Positions 32,237 to 40,893 of a stretch of DNA of 64,000 nt are shown here, piece by piece (positions within the stretch are counted from its first letter, which is position 1; each line of letters opens with the position of its first letter). A program made the translations under genes and the position numbers. Under the pieces are notes generated by a model. That model had not been told where the DNA came from, searched no databases, and was given only the letters and a program-made list of their open reading frames with translations. Source of the DNA: Candidatus Poribacteria bacterium (GTDB taxonomy: Bacteria; Poribacteria; WGA-4E; PCPOR2b); assembly GCA_965208675.1 (NCBI GenBank), contig OZ242351.1:4064001-4128000 (forward strand), written 5' to 3'.

Positions 32237-35200
32237 TCAGGCGTTTCTTTGCACTTCCAAAATACCATTCGCTACTGGCTCCGCGGTAATGTCGGCTTTC
32301 TCCATTGCAGATTCTAGCTCCCGAATTCGTCGATTGTAATTTGCCTTAGCTCTGTCAATCAGGGATTGCTTCATCCGACGGATGTTTTCCGAGGTCGCCT
32401 GTTGTAGTTGTTCACGTAACAGCGCAACTTGCGCCTGATGACTCGTTGATAGACTTTCTTTGCGGTAAGCAGCAAGTTCTTGAGTGCGTTGTCGATGGTC
32501 ATCGCGCGCCGCCGTCCATAGTTGCTGGTGCAAAGCTTCTAATACATCCTGCATTGGAGGTCGATTGGTTTCCTGCACATCACTATCCACCGCTTCCTCT
32601 AGTAATCGGCTAAGATGCGGCGTCAACTCGCGGGATGACGCAATCGGCTTCAGAATCATGTCTTCCTTGACACCGTGGAACTGCCACTGGTAAATTGCAA
32701 AATCGTAGCGTCCCGCGGGAACATCGTCGGTTTTCACTTTAAGAGTAGCGACGACGTTGTGTTCCTTCTCTAGCGTTAGTGCCGCTTGTTTCACTAAGGG
32801 ATGTATTGGCATAATGAATGCGGCTTTGGGATGTTGAGACGCGCCTTCTGCCGCAAACGCAACGGGTAGATGCTGATCGTCGCCCTTTAGCCAATTCTCC
32901 CACTCTCTAAAAACCGGACTCCTTTCTCTCGGAAGTTGCTGCAAATCGCTCAATAACGTACCTCTCGCGATTTCCGATAGCCGCAGCGTTTTCAGCGACC
33001 TTTCACCAAGAATGTATTCGCGCTCAGGCTCCAATCTCGATTTAAGATAGAGTGTGACGAGTCGCTGTATTGATTCTGGGGACAACCAAAAACTAGAAGC
33101 ATCTTTAACCTCTCTTTCTATTCTGTTATCAGGGAATCGGATGCCGAATAGTTCCAACTGCTGATTCTCCAGCCGCTCTTTTTCCTGTATCAGCCGAATT
33201 TGGTTGTCTGCCAACTGCTGCAACTTGGTTCCTCGTTCTGCCTCGGTCAATGTGTAATTCTCGGCGATTTCCCGGAGTTTCGTCGTGATTTCACCGAGGA
33301 TTTCTTCGCTGCCTCCCAGCGCGCTTTCGAACACACCGATCCGGAGCAGGCAGCGTTCATAGATGTCGGCATCGACGGTCCCGGGCGTAATCAGATTGAT
33401 AATTGTAACGTGATGGCTTTTTTGCCCTTTCCTATCAATCCGGCCTATCCGTTGTTCGATTTTCATCGGGTTCCACGGCAGGTCATAGTTGACAATACAG
33501 TCGCAGAACTGGTAATCCAATCCTTCGCACCCGATTTCTGAAAACAGCATGATGTCAAGAGCGTTGGTTTCTTCTTTCGACTTCTCAAAACGATCTCTCA
33601 GTTCAATTCGTTCGTCATCCGGTGTCCCGCCGTGCACCATTCCTACACGAAAACCATCCGACCCCAAGTGTTTGTAAAGATAGGCAAGCGTATGACGGAA
33701 ACTGCTAAACACCATCAACTTATTATTGGGGCGGTTTTGCCTTTCGCGTATGATTTGTCGAAGTGCTTCTAGTTTGCGATCTGGCGAGGTTATGGTTCGC
33801 ACTTTTTCATGAATTACTTCAATCTGATCTTGTATACGATTCACGGTATCTTCTTGTGGTATGGATTCCGTAGAATCCGCTTCTCCCCAAGCAAGCTCGT
33901 CGAGATGGCGGCTCAGAATCTCTTCAAGCAGTGGTTCAAGTCCGTATAGACAACTCGCGAGTTGTCGGCGGATTGTTGTCATAAGGAATTTGACATGCTG
34001 ATCGCCGTGCAACCGCCGGAATATCTCCGCTTGCGTCTCAAGCACCATTTCATGGATCTGTTCTTGGGCATCGGTTAATTCAACCTCTACCGTCTGCGGG
34101 CGGCGTATTGTGAACTCACCGATATCGCGGCGGCGAGTTCTGTTGATTATCCCTGAAAAAGTATGTAGCGCCTCTATGTCTGTGATAAGTTGGACGCGTT
34201 CGGCGTGGGTGACAGATCTGCCTGCAATTTTACTTAGAATTAGCTTAAATTCGGGATTATCGTTGAGGATGGATTGCCCCCACGGGGTTTCTGCGGCTTG
34301 CTTCAGGGCTAGCTTTGCCTGACGCAACCATCCCTGTTCCTGCGAGCGTGCGGCGTCAATCGATTGGTTGATAAATAGGTTTGGCTCCGCCATGTGATTG
34401 AAGGCTTCCTCATCTCGAATCAAATCCGGACGAAGTACGTTGAGCAGCACAAACAGGTCATGGCTGCCGAGTTGGATTGGGGTAGCGGTAAGAAAGACAG
34501 CGGCTTCCGCATGGTCACAGAAAAACCGGACCGCATCGTGATTGGCGGTGTTCTGGTTTCGGATGTGGTGCGCCTCGTCCACAATCACTAGATCGAAACG
34601 CGGCGGCGGGTCTAAATCCAATAACCCTTTTGTCCGCCGTCGTCTTTGATTCCCGTCACGACCATTAAGAAGCTCTTTGTCGAACAACGAATAAGGAAGA
34701 ATGACCTTATGATATTGCTCTGGCCACTCCCCATCCAAATTTGTCTCCTTGATGCAATGTTGCAGGAGTCGCCCGTCAAGATGAGTGAAATTTTCGTCAA
34801 ACCGTTTCATCTCCCTAAGCCACTTTTGCTCGGTAACTAGGGGACGAGGACAAATAATGAGAACAGATTTGATGTCGCGACGGGCTTGCAATTCGCGCAG
34901 AATCAACCCGGCTTCAATGGTTTTTCCGACGCCGACGCTGTCGGCGATTAGCAATCTGGGTCGGTCGGAACGGATGAATCTCAGGACAGGTCGGTATTGG
35001 TAGGGAACGAAGTCTACACGCGCCGCGTTAAGCGAATACAAAGTCGACAAACCGGGATAGCGAATCTGTAAGGCAGTCAGGTAGGCGTGAAACTGGTCGC
35101 ATGTAAGAGGTTGCGGGGCGTCGTCACGCTCGGTTTCGACTTGCAACTGAGATGCATAAAAGGTCTGAACGTCCCTGTCAACAAAAACGCCAATCCTGTC

Positions 35201-35314
35201 TTCTGGCGTTCCAGGCGTCACACTAACAACTGCACCGCGAACGGAAGGATCTGATCTCAAGATGACAATCTGACCCGGTGAGAACTCTTGCGAAGGATTT
35301 GGTCTGACATCCAT
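32237..35314 (-). CDS. SNF2/RapA-like superfamily 2 helicase
   Basis: LIADSVGVGKT, DEAH, LTATP, GCEGLDYQ, YDLPWNPMKIEQRIGRIDR. GAGG SD. Confidence 0.93.
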   Translation of the reverse strand: MDVRPNPSQEFSPGQIVILRSDPSVRGAVVSVTPGTPEDRIGVFVDRDVQTFYASQLQVETERDDAPQPLTCDQFHAYLTALQIRYPGLSTLYSLNAARVDFVPYQYRPVLRFIRSDRPRLLIADSVGVGKTIEAGLILRELQARRDIKSVLIICPRPLVTEQKWLREMKRFDENFTHLDGRLLQHCIKETNLDGEWPEQYHKVILPYSLFDKELLNGRDGNQRRRRTKGLLDLDPPPRFDLVIVDEAHHIRNQNTANHDAVRFFCDHAEAAVFLTATPIQLGSHDLFVLLNVLRPDLIRDEEAFNHMAEPNLFINQSIDAARSQEQGWLRQAKLALKQAAETPWGQSILNDNPEFKLILSKIAGRSVTHAERVQLITDIEALHTFSGIINRTRRRDIGEFTIRRPQTVEVELTDAQEQIHEMVLETQAEIFRRLHGDQHVKFLMTTIRRQLASCLYGLEPLLEEILSRHLDELAWGEADSTESIPQEDTVNRIQDQIEVIHEKVRTITSPDRKLEALRQIIRERQNRPNNKLMVFSSFRHTLAYLYKHLGSDGFRVGMVHGGTPDDERIELRDRFEKSKEETNALDIMLFSEIGCEGLDYQFCDCIVNYDLPWNPMKIEQRIGRIDRKGQKSHHVTIINLITPGTVDADIYERCLLRIGVFESALGGSEEILGEITTKLREIAENYTLTEAERGTKLQQLADNQIRLIQEKERLENQQLELFGIRFPDNRIEREVKDASSFWLSPESIQRLVTLYLKSRLEPEREYILGERSLKTLRLSEIARGTLLSDLQQLPRERSPVFREWENWLKGDDQHLPVAFAAEGASQHPKAAFIMPIHPLVKQAALTLEKEHNVVATLKVKTDDVPAGRYDFAIYQWQFHGVKEDMILKPIASSRELTPHLSRLLEEAVDSDVQETNRPPMQDVLEALHQQLWTAARDDHRQRTQELAAYRKESLSTSHQAQVALLREQLQQATSENIRRMKQSLIDRAKANYNRRIRELESAMEKADITAEPVANGILEVQRNA

Positions 35315-35412
35315 GTTTTACCTCGTCGAAAGATATTAAAGATGGCGGGATAAGCTCGCTAATCACCGTATAAGGATTATCCGAGTAGGTAAATTCCTTC
35401 ATTTGACCTGAT

Positions 35413-35607
35413 GTAAATGGTTGTGTTTGGCTTCAGCGTGGGGTTGTAAGACGGTGCGCGGGTAAGTAGATTGACATACGCGTTTGGCGGATATTCAGTA
35501 ACTTCAAGGGTATTCCGCAGGTGATTTTTCGATTTTTTCCTTTTCATTGGCGAGGCCTTCATCTGAAGGTCAGCGGTTGATAGGCAGTTAATCGCCGCCT
35601 CGCTGCA
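35413..35607. repeat. Direct repeat copy 2 (~195 bp)
   Basis: Same orientation as 28701-28896; shares exact blocks such as GTAAGACGGTGCGCGGGTAAGTAGATT and AACTTCAAGGGTATTCCGCAG. Confidence 0.93.
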
Positions 35608-35678
35608 GGTCAGAGTACGATGTTTAGTATATCACAAAATTGCTGCGAATGGAAAAAATCAGTTTTATTCGCATTTAC

Positions 35679-35717
35679 TTGACACAGGGAAAAACTGTAT
35701 GATATATTATCATACAG
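35679..35717 (+). promoter_or_regulatory. Promoter with overlapping palindromic GntR/YtrA-type operator
   Basis: TTGACA (35679)-18 nt-TATATT with TGn. Perfect inverted repeat CTGTATGATA-tat-TATCATACAG (35695-35717) covers the -10. Confidence 0.8.
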
Positions 35718-35737
35718 ACCGCACAGATGAGGTGCCG

Positions 35738-36127
35738 ATGTTTTTCCGCATTGATTATAACAGCAGCCAGCCAATTTATCAGCAGGTGATTGAGCAGATT
35801 AAGCTCACCATTGTCAATGGCGGGTTAAAGCCCGGAGAGCGCATGCCCTCTATACGCGAGTTGGCGAAAACGTTGAAGATTAATCCAACTACCGCGGCGA
35901 AAATCTACAACGAGTTGGCGCACCAAGGGGTGCTCGTACTGCGTCAAGGCCAGGGGGCATTCGTCGCCCCAAAGGTGGTTTCGCTTGCGAGTGAAGAGAT
36001 TCAACGGATTGTTTCGGAATACGCGAAGAAAATGCTGGTGGAAGGGCTGCGGTTTGGATTGACACGCGAGGAGATTGACTTAATTATTGATGCGGAGTAT
36101 CAAAGTATCAAGAAAGGGGAGCAATGA
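35738..36127 (+). CDS. GntR family (YtrA subfamily) regulator
   Basis: PIYQQVIEQI…PGERMPSIRELA…INPTT…GQGAFV with a short C-terminal domain. Start at ATG 35738 after GAGGTG. Confidence 0.93.
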   Translation: MFFRIDYNSSQPIYQQVIEQIKLTIVNGGLKPGERMPSIRELAKTLKINPTTAAKIYNELAHQGVLVLRQGQGAFVAPKVVSLASEEIQRIVSEYAKKMLVEGLRFGLTREEIDLIIDAEYQSIKKGEQ

Positions 36128-37053
36128 GCGAGAACGTCATTCAAACACACAATCTCACAAAGGACTTCGAGCGCGAAAGAGCCGTGGATTCACTGAGTTT
36201 GACGGTGCCGCAGGGCTCGGTCTTTGGATTCTTGGGGGTCAACGGTGCCGGAAAAACAACGACGGTTCGGATGATAATGGGGCATCTGCATCCCACCAAA
36301 GGAGAGGTCGAGCTACTCGGTAAGAATCCGTGGAAACATACCGAAGTTGAACGGCGTCGTGTAGCTTACGTTTCAGACAACATGCACCTGCCGGGCTGGA
36401 TGACGCCGAAGCAGGCGATACGACTCAACGCGTCTCTTTATCCTAGCTGGGACGCCGCGCTCGCGGAGCGTCTACTTTTCGATCACGATTTGAATCGATG
36501 GAAAAAATACCGGTTGTTCTCGAAAGGCGAGAAACGGCGGCTCTGCCTGCTACTTGCAATTTGCCAGAACGCCGATGTCCTAATCCTTGACGAACCCGCG
36601 TCGGGGCTAGATGTGGTTGCACGGCACAAATTCTTAGATCTCATCCTTGATCGGGTTTACGATGGACGACGAACCGTTTTCCTATCGTCGCATCTGTTGA
36701 GCGACCTAGAACGAATCGTTGACAGGCTAGTGGTTATCCATCGCGGTCGATTGCATCTGTCGGGTACGCTTGATGATTTAAAAACGGAGGTCCGAGAAAT
36801 CCGCTTGCCGGACGCAATACCCCGTGAATCGCTTGATTGCCACTTCGAAATTTTACAATATGAGTCAAATGAACAAGGGACGGTAGTCATCGTCCGAAAC
36901 TTCGACGAAGCGCGTTTTCAAGCATTTTGCCAGCAATTCAATGTGGACGAAACCGCTCAAGTTAACGGTTTCAACCTGGAAGACCTGTTTGTGAGGCTCG
37001 TCGGCACAAAAGGGAACAGAAATCGTCTGAATCGCCAAAAGCGCAAATCATAA
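36124..37053 (+). CDS. ABC transporter ATP-binding protein (YtrB-like)
   Basis: GVNGAGKT, FSKGEKRR, ILDEP, SSH, LEDLF; ATGA overlap with gntR. Confidence 0.93.
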   Translation: MSENVIQTHNLTKDFERERAVDSLSLTVPQGSVFGFLGVNGAGKTTTVRMIMGHLHPTKGEVELLGKNPWKHTEVERRRVAYVSDNMHLPGWMTPKQAIRLNASLYPSWDAALAERLLFDHDLNRWKKYRLFSKGEKRRLCLLLAICQNADVLILDEPASGLDVVARHKFLDLILDRVYDGRRTVFLSSHLLSDLERIVDRLVVIHRGRLHLSGTLDDLKTEVREIRLPDAIPRESLDCHFEILQYESNEQGTVVIVRNFDEARFQAFCQQFNVDETAQVNGFNLEDLFVRLVGTKGNRNRLNRQKRKS

Positions 37054-37169
37054 CACTCCATCGCTTAGTGTGGAGGAGGTTGCTTCCACGGAATAGGTCG
37101 GAAGGCCGACCTGCGCTATTTCAGGAATCCATTATGTCTCGCTGTCAGATGAATCAACGAGAGAAGTAT

Positions 37170-37895
37170 ATGTCCATCGAAATACTAAAAATGGACGCAC
37201 GGAAAGTCTTGCCCTACTATGCACCCGTTCTGTTACTAACCGTTGGGTACGTTCTCATTCAGGAAACGCCGTTAGCGAGTGCCGATTGGAAATTGAACTT
37301 GATAGCCTGCCTACAGGGCATGGTCATCGCTTGGGTGCTTTTCAGCGATTCGGCAGGGACTGAAGTATTTGTCTTTTCGCGCCCATTATCCCGCGTGCGG
37401 TTGTTCTTCACACGCTGGATGTTCGGGATTTCGTTTCAGTTGCTGACGATTGTCGTGGTTTTCCTCACGGTTGCCATAGGGTTACGAAGCGCAATTCAGG
37501 TGTTGATGAACTCGCCTTATCAGCCGATGGTCAAATGGTATGAACTGTCTATACTGGGTTCAATTGCACTGTATTCAATTTTGAGCTACGTAATTGTCAT
37601 GTTCCTAAAACTGCGCCATCGCGTTGTAAGTGTTCGTCTACCAACGTGGCGCGATTTCATCTGGATTGTGTTAATCTGCGTGCTCGTCGGAATGATTTTA
37701 ACTGGTCTCTTTTCAAACATTGGCCCAATACCATATCAGATGATGTCCTGGGCGCTAATGACAAAGTTAGTGTTAACGCGTTTCTTTGCAATCTCGGGAC
37801 CGATTCAAAATCAACTGATTTACGTTGTGCTCGTGACAATCGTGGGAACATTGGCATCGCTCCACTGTTATAAAAACCTTGAAATAGAGTCTTAA
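37170..37895 (+). CDS. ABC-2-type permease-like membrane protein, copy A
   Basis: About 6 hydrophobic helices; FSRPLSR..LF motif. Start MSIEILK fixed by its paralog at 40224. Confidence 0.75.
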   Translation: MSIEILKMDARKVLPYYAPVLLLTVGYVLIQETPLASADWKLNLIACLQGMVIAWVLFSDSAGTEVFVFSRPLSRVRLFFTRWMFGISFQLLTIVVVFLTVAIGLRSAIQVLMNSPYQPMVKWYELSILGSIALYSILSYVIVMFLKLRHRVVSVRLPTWRDFIWIVLICVLVGMILTGLFSNIGPIPYQMMSWALMTKLVLTRFFAISGPIQNQLIYVVLVTIVGTLASLHCYKNLEIES

Positions 37896-37912
37896 GCCGT
37901 GCCGAGGTAAGC

Positions 37913-40066
37913 GTGATGAGAAATGACAATCGAGCAAATCGGTGGGTGCTGAATGCGGCGGTGTTTGTAATATTTTTGCCGGTGCTGCTACATCCGGAAT
38001 TGATCCTGGTCATCAGACCGGGTTACATTCAAGTACTAATTGAAGGCGGTCATTGGATGGGTTTGTCGTTCGTTGCTGTCATCATAACACTCTATTTCAC
38101 AACAATCATCTTAGTTCTCTGGAAAGGTCGTCTGCGCTTAGCGGTTTTTACGGCGTTCTTCATTTTTTGTGCGCTCGCGGCCCCGTTCTTCGTGCAACTA
38201 GAAAAGGGCGCCGATTTCCCGCGTCAACTCGCATTATTTAATAGTGTAGCCGGAATAGACGTTTACTGCAACGATGTGTCTCTAGGAAAAACACCGCTCC
38301 AGTTATCGGAATCAGGATTTCACGCGAAGGTGAAACCGTGGGATACACCTCCCCGCCAAAAGATGGTTATTGGAGAGACGTTACTTGATAAGATTAAATC
38401 AAAACGTTACGAATCGGAGCTAGGATGGTTCTACATTCCTTACGACTATTTCGACAGACCTTACGAATTCAGTAGTCCGAGGTCCTTCAGTTATAACAAT
38501 GCAGTGAAATCCGACTACTGGTGGCGTTTCGAGAGAGATGGATGTACAGGACTCGCGCAAATTGGTGATATGGTCTGGTTTGCTCATAGCTTTAGACAAT
38601 ATTTTAGCATCTGGTCATCTCCGGCGTTGCAATACCCCTCCATCGATCCGTATGTGAAACATCTGCTGCACGAATTAGTAAAGTTAAACTACCAGCCTTC
38701 CCTCGAATGGAAAAGGCACGTCGCCGAATCTTCAGGTCTACTTTTCCAACATCTGTACGAGGCGGGTCAACGTGATTCACGTGTAATGCAAGCGCTTGAC
38801 GCAGTAGTTCGTGCGGAGTTCGGCATCCACGACGGAATGCTCGCGCACGAGTGGGAGGAGGTCTTGAATAAGATCGTGTTACGAGTTAGGCAGCGGTATG
38901 CGTTTCGGACGCCCTCGCTAGAATCCATGGCGATGGACTTAATCGTACAAGGCCACACGAAATTGATTGAAACCCATTTTTTCGAACGGCTTTCCCCGAG
39001 TATGTGGGAGTACGCTGCTTTGAAGAGTCAGCCACAGGCACTGTTCAAACGATTCGTTTACGAATCCCGAAACGGCGGGCAGTTTCTGGTCATGGCCGGC
39101 AACTATTCGCGTTCGGAAGCCTTGCGGCTTGTCAGACGGTATCTCCGCGATGTCAATATCTATCAATCGGCCGAGGGCTTCGCCGATACTGCAAATCTCA
39201 GTCAGCGCCGGTCTGAGGCACTAATCACCGCCGCGCAGTTGCAGAATCCGCTTGTTGAACCAGAACTACGTGATTTTGTTCTCAATCTTGTGAACGCACA
39301 TCCGAATGAGTTCGAGCGCGAACTCCGGATGTTTATTGATGCGAGGTTGAAACGCCCCCTCACCGAAGGGGAGGCTGATTCATTTGCCGAGTGGGTGGCT
39401 GAAGCGGTCCCACTTGCTGAAGACGAAAGACTAAAATTCTTGGTTCGTCTAAGTTCAACCTGCACACACCGATATGTCCGGGATATCCTCCGCCGCCATC
39501 CGACATATCAAGAGACAGTTTTACAGACGCTGACAGAAAACCCAAACCCATCGTTGGATGGCTTTCTACTCGAAACATATCAGTCTGTTTCGGGAGTTTC
39601 CCCGATTGACGTCCCACCCGCACTGCTTCGCGCCATGATACTCTGCAGTACACCGCGCATGCATGCATTCTTGGATGAAATGTGGAATGCCGGCGACAGC
39701 AACAGGATTACTCTGTTATCGGCTATGAAGTACGACGAACCGAATTACAATCCTCAACTGCATCCGTGGACAGCGCCTATCTCGCAAATCGAGGATGCCG
39801 GCATACGCCTCGCTGCGATTCCGGTGCTCGACCAAATCGACACGCCGGAATCAGCCGAAATCCTGGGAGATTGGGCGTTGAGCTCAGATGCGGCGGTCAA
39901 GCGTGAGGCGGTATTGGCACTTGCAAATTACCGCGAGCGAAGTCGCCGGGCCAAAGCGCTCTTAGCGGGTAACATCACACCGGATGATCTGATTGTCGGT
40001 CAAACAGCGTATGTTTGGGATGGAAAGGATTATGTGCCGGAGGTGGAAACGGACGAGGACGGATAA
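37913..40066 (+). CDS. Large membrane-anchored protein (N-terminal TMs, PEGA-like segment, HEAT-like C-terminus), copy A
   Basis: About 3 N-terminal TMs, GIDVYCNDVSLGKTPL, and C-terminal RLAAIPVLDQI…VKREAVLAL. Paralogous to 40894-43173. Confidence 0.75.
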   Translation: MMRNDNRANRWVLNAAVFVIFLPVLLHPELILVIRPGYIQVLIEGGHWMGLSFVAVIITLYFTTIILVLWKGRLRLAVFTAFFIFCALAAPFFVQLEKGADFPRQLALFNSVAGIDVYCNDVSLGKTPLQLSESGFHAKVKPWDTPPRQKMVIGETLLDKIKSKRYESELGWFYIPYDYFDRPYEFSSPRSFSYNNAVKSDYWWRFERDGCTGLAQIGDMVWFAHSFRQYFSIWSSPALQYPSIDPYVKHLLHELVKLNYQPSLEWKRHVAESSGLLFQHLYEAGQRDSRVMQALDAVVRAEFGIHDGMLAHEWEEVLNKIVLRVRQRYAFRTPSLESMAMDLIVQGHTKLIETHFFERLSPSMWEYAALKSQPQALFKRFVYESRNGGQFLVMAGNYSRSEALRLVRRYLRDVNIYQSAEGFADTANLSQRRSEALITAAQLQNPLVEPELRDFVLNLVNAHPNEFERELRMFIDARLKRPLTEGEADSFAEWVAEAVPLAEDERLKFLVRLSSTCTHRYVRDILRRHPTYQETVLQTLTENPNPSLDGFLLETYQSVSGVSPIDVPPALLRAMILCSTPRMHAFLDEMWNAGDSNRITLLSAMKYDEPNYNPQLHPWTAPISQIEDAGIRLAAIPVLDQIDTPESAEILGDWALSSDAAVKREAVLALANYRERSRRAKALLAGNITPDDLIVGQTAYVWDGKDYVPEVETDEDG

Positions 40067-40074
40067 CGTCAGCG

Positions 40075-40213
40075 CTTAAAGCCCTTTTTGAAACATCCTA
40101 ATCTGTCTTAGATGGAGGGCATTCTGGGGAAAATGCCTTGAATATCCGATGATTTTGACCCTCATTACGCCAGGAAGTGGTTATGCTAACTGCTTTTCAA
40201 ACATGTTCTGAAG
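40075..40213. mobile_element. Possible degenerate MITE-like remnant at the duplication junction
   Basis: Imperfect terminal inverted repeats (CTTAAAGCCCTTTTTGAAA / TTTTCAAACATGTTCTGAAG) and an internal hairpin AGGGCATT…AATGCCTT. Confidence 0.3.
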
Positions 40214-40223
40214 GAGGAGAAAA

Positions 40224-40874
40224 ATGTCCATCGAAATACTTAAAATTGACGTTAGAAAGGTCTTGCCGTACTATGCGCCTTTTCTATTGCTAACCGTTGG
40301 TTACGTTCTTTTTCGGAAAACGCCGTTGGAGAGTGAAGATGGGAAAGTATTCCTAATTGCCGGTCTGCAGGGCATGGTAGTCGCTTGGATGCTTTTCAGC
40401 GATGCTGCGGGAACCGGTGCGTTCATCTTCTCACGTCCGCTATCGCGAAAGCGGTTGTTTCTGATACGCTGGGGGTTTGGGATTTCACTTCAGTTGCTGA
40501 CGGTCGTTACCGTATTTGTTACCATTGCAATCGGATTAAGGAGTGGGGTACAGGTGCTGATGAATTCGCCGTATCAACCGCTGATCAAATGGTATGAACT
40601 GGCCGTTCTAGAGTCAATCGCACTCTATTCGATTTTGAGCTACCAGATTGCGGTATTCTTAAAACTGCGCCTGTACGTTATAAGTGCGCATCCACGAAGG
40701 TGGCGAAATCTCCTCGGAACCGGGCTGGTCGTTTTACTCTGTCTTCAATCTTTGAATACACTGGATGTGTTCAGATTCCGAGATCAAGTATTGGTCGTCT
40801 ACGCTGCGCTTGTAACAATATTGGGAACGTTGGCATCGCTCTACTGTTATCGTCACTTGGAAATCGAGGTTTAG
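40224..40874 (+). CDS. ABC-2-type permease-like membrane protein, copy B
   Basis: Shares MSIEILK, QVLMNSPYQP..KWYEL and SIALYSILSY with copy A; AGGAGG SD. Confidence 0.8.
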   Translation: MSIEILKIDVRKVLPYYAPFLLLTVGYVLFRKTPLESEDGKVFLIAGLQGMVVAWMLFSDAAGTGAFIFSRPLSRKRLFLIRWGFGISLQLLTVVTVFVTIAIGLRSGVQVLMNSPYQPLIKWYELAVLESIALYSILSYQIAVFLKLRLYVISAHPRRWRNLLGTGLVVLLCLQSLNTLDVFRFRDQVLVVYAALVTILGTLASLYCYRHLEIEV

Positions 40875-40893
40875 CTTCCCGGAGGTGAATACA

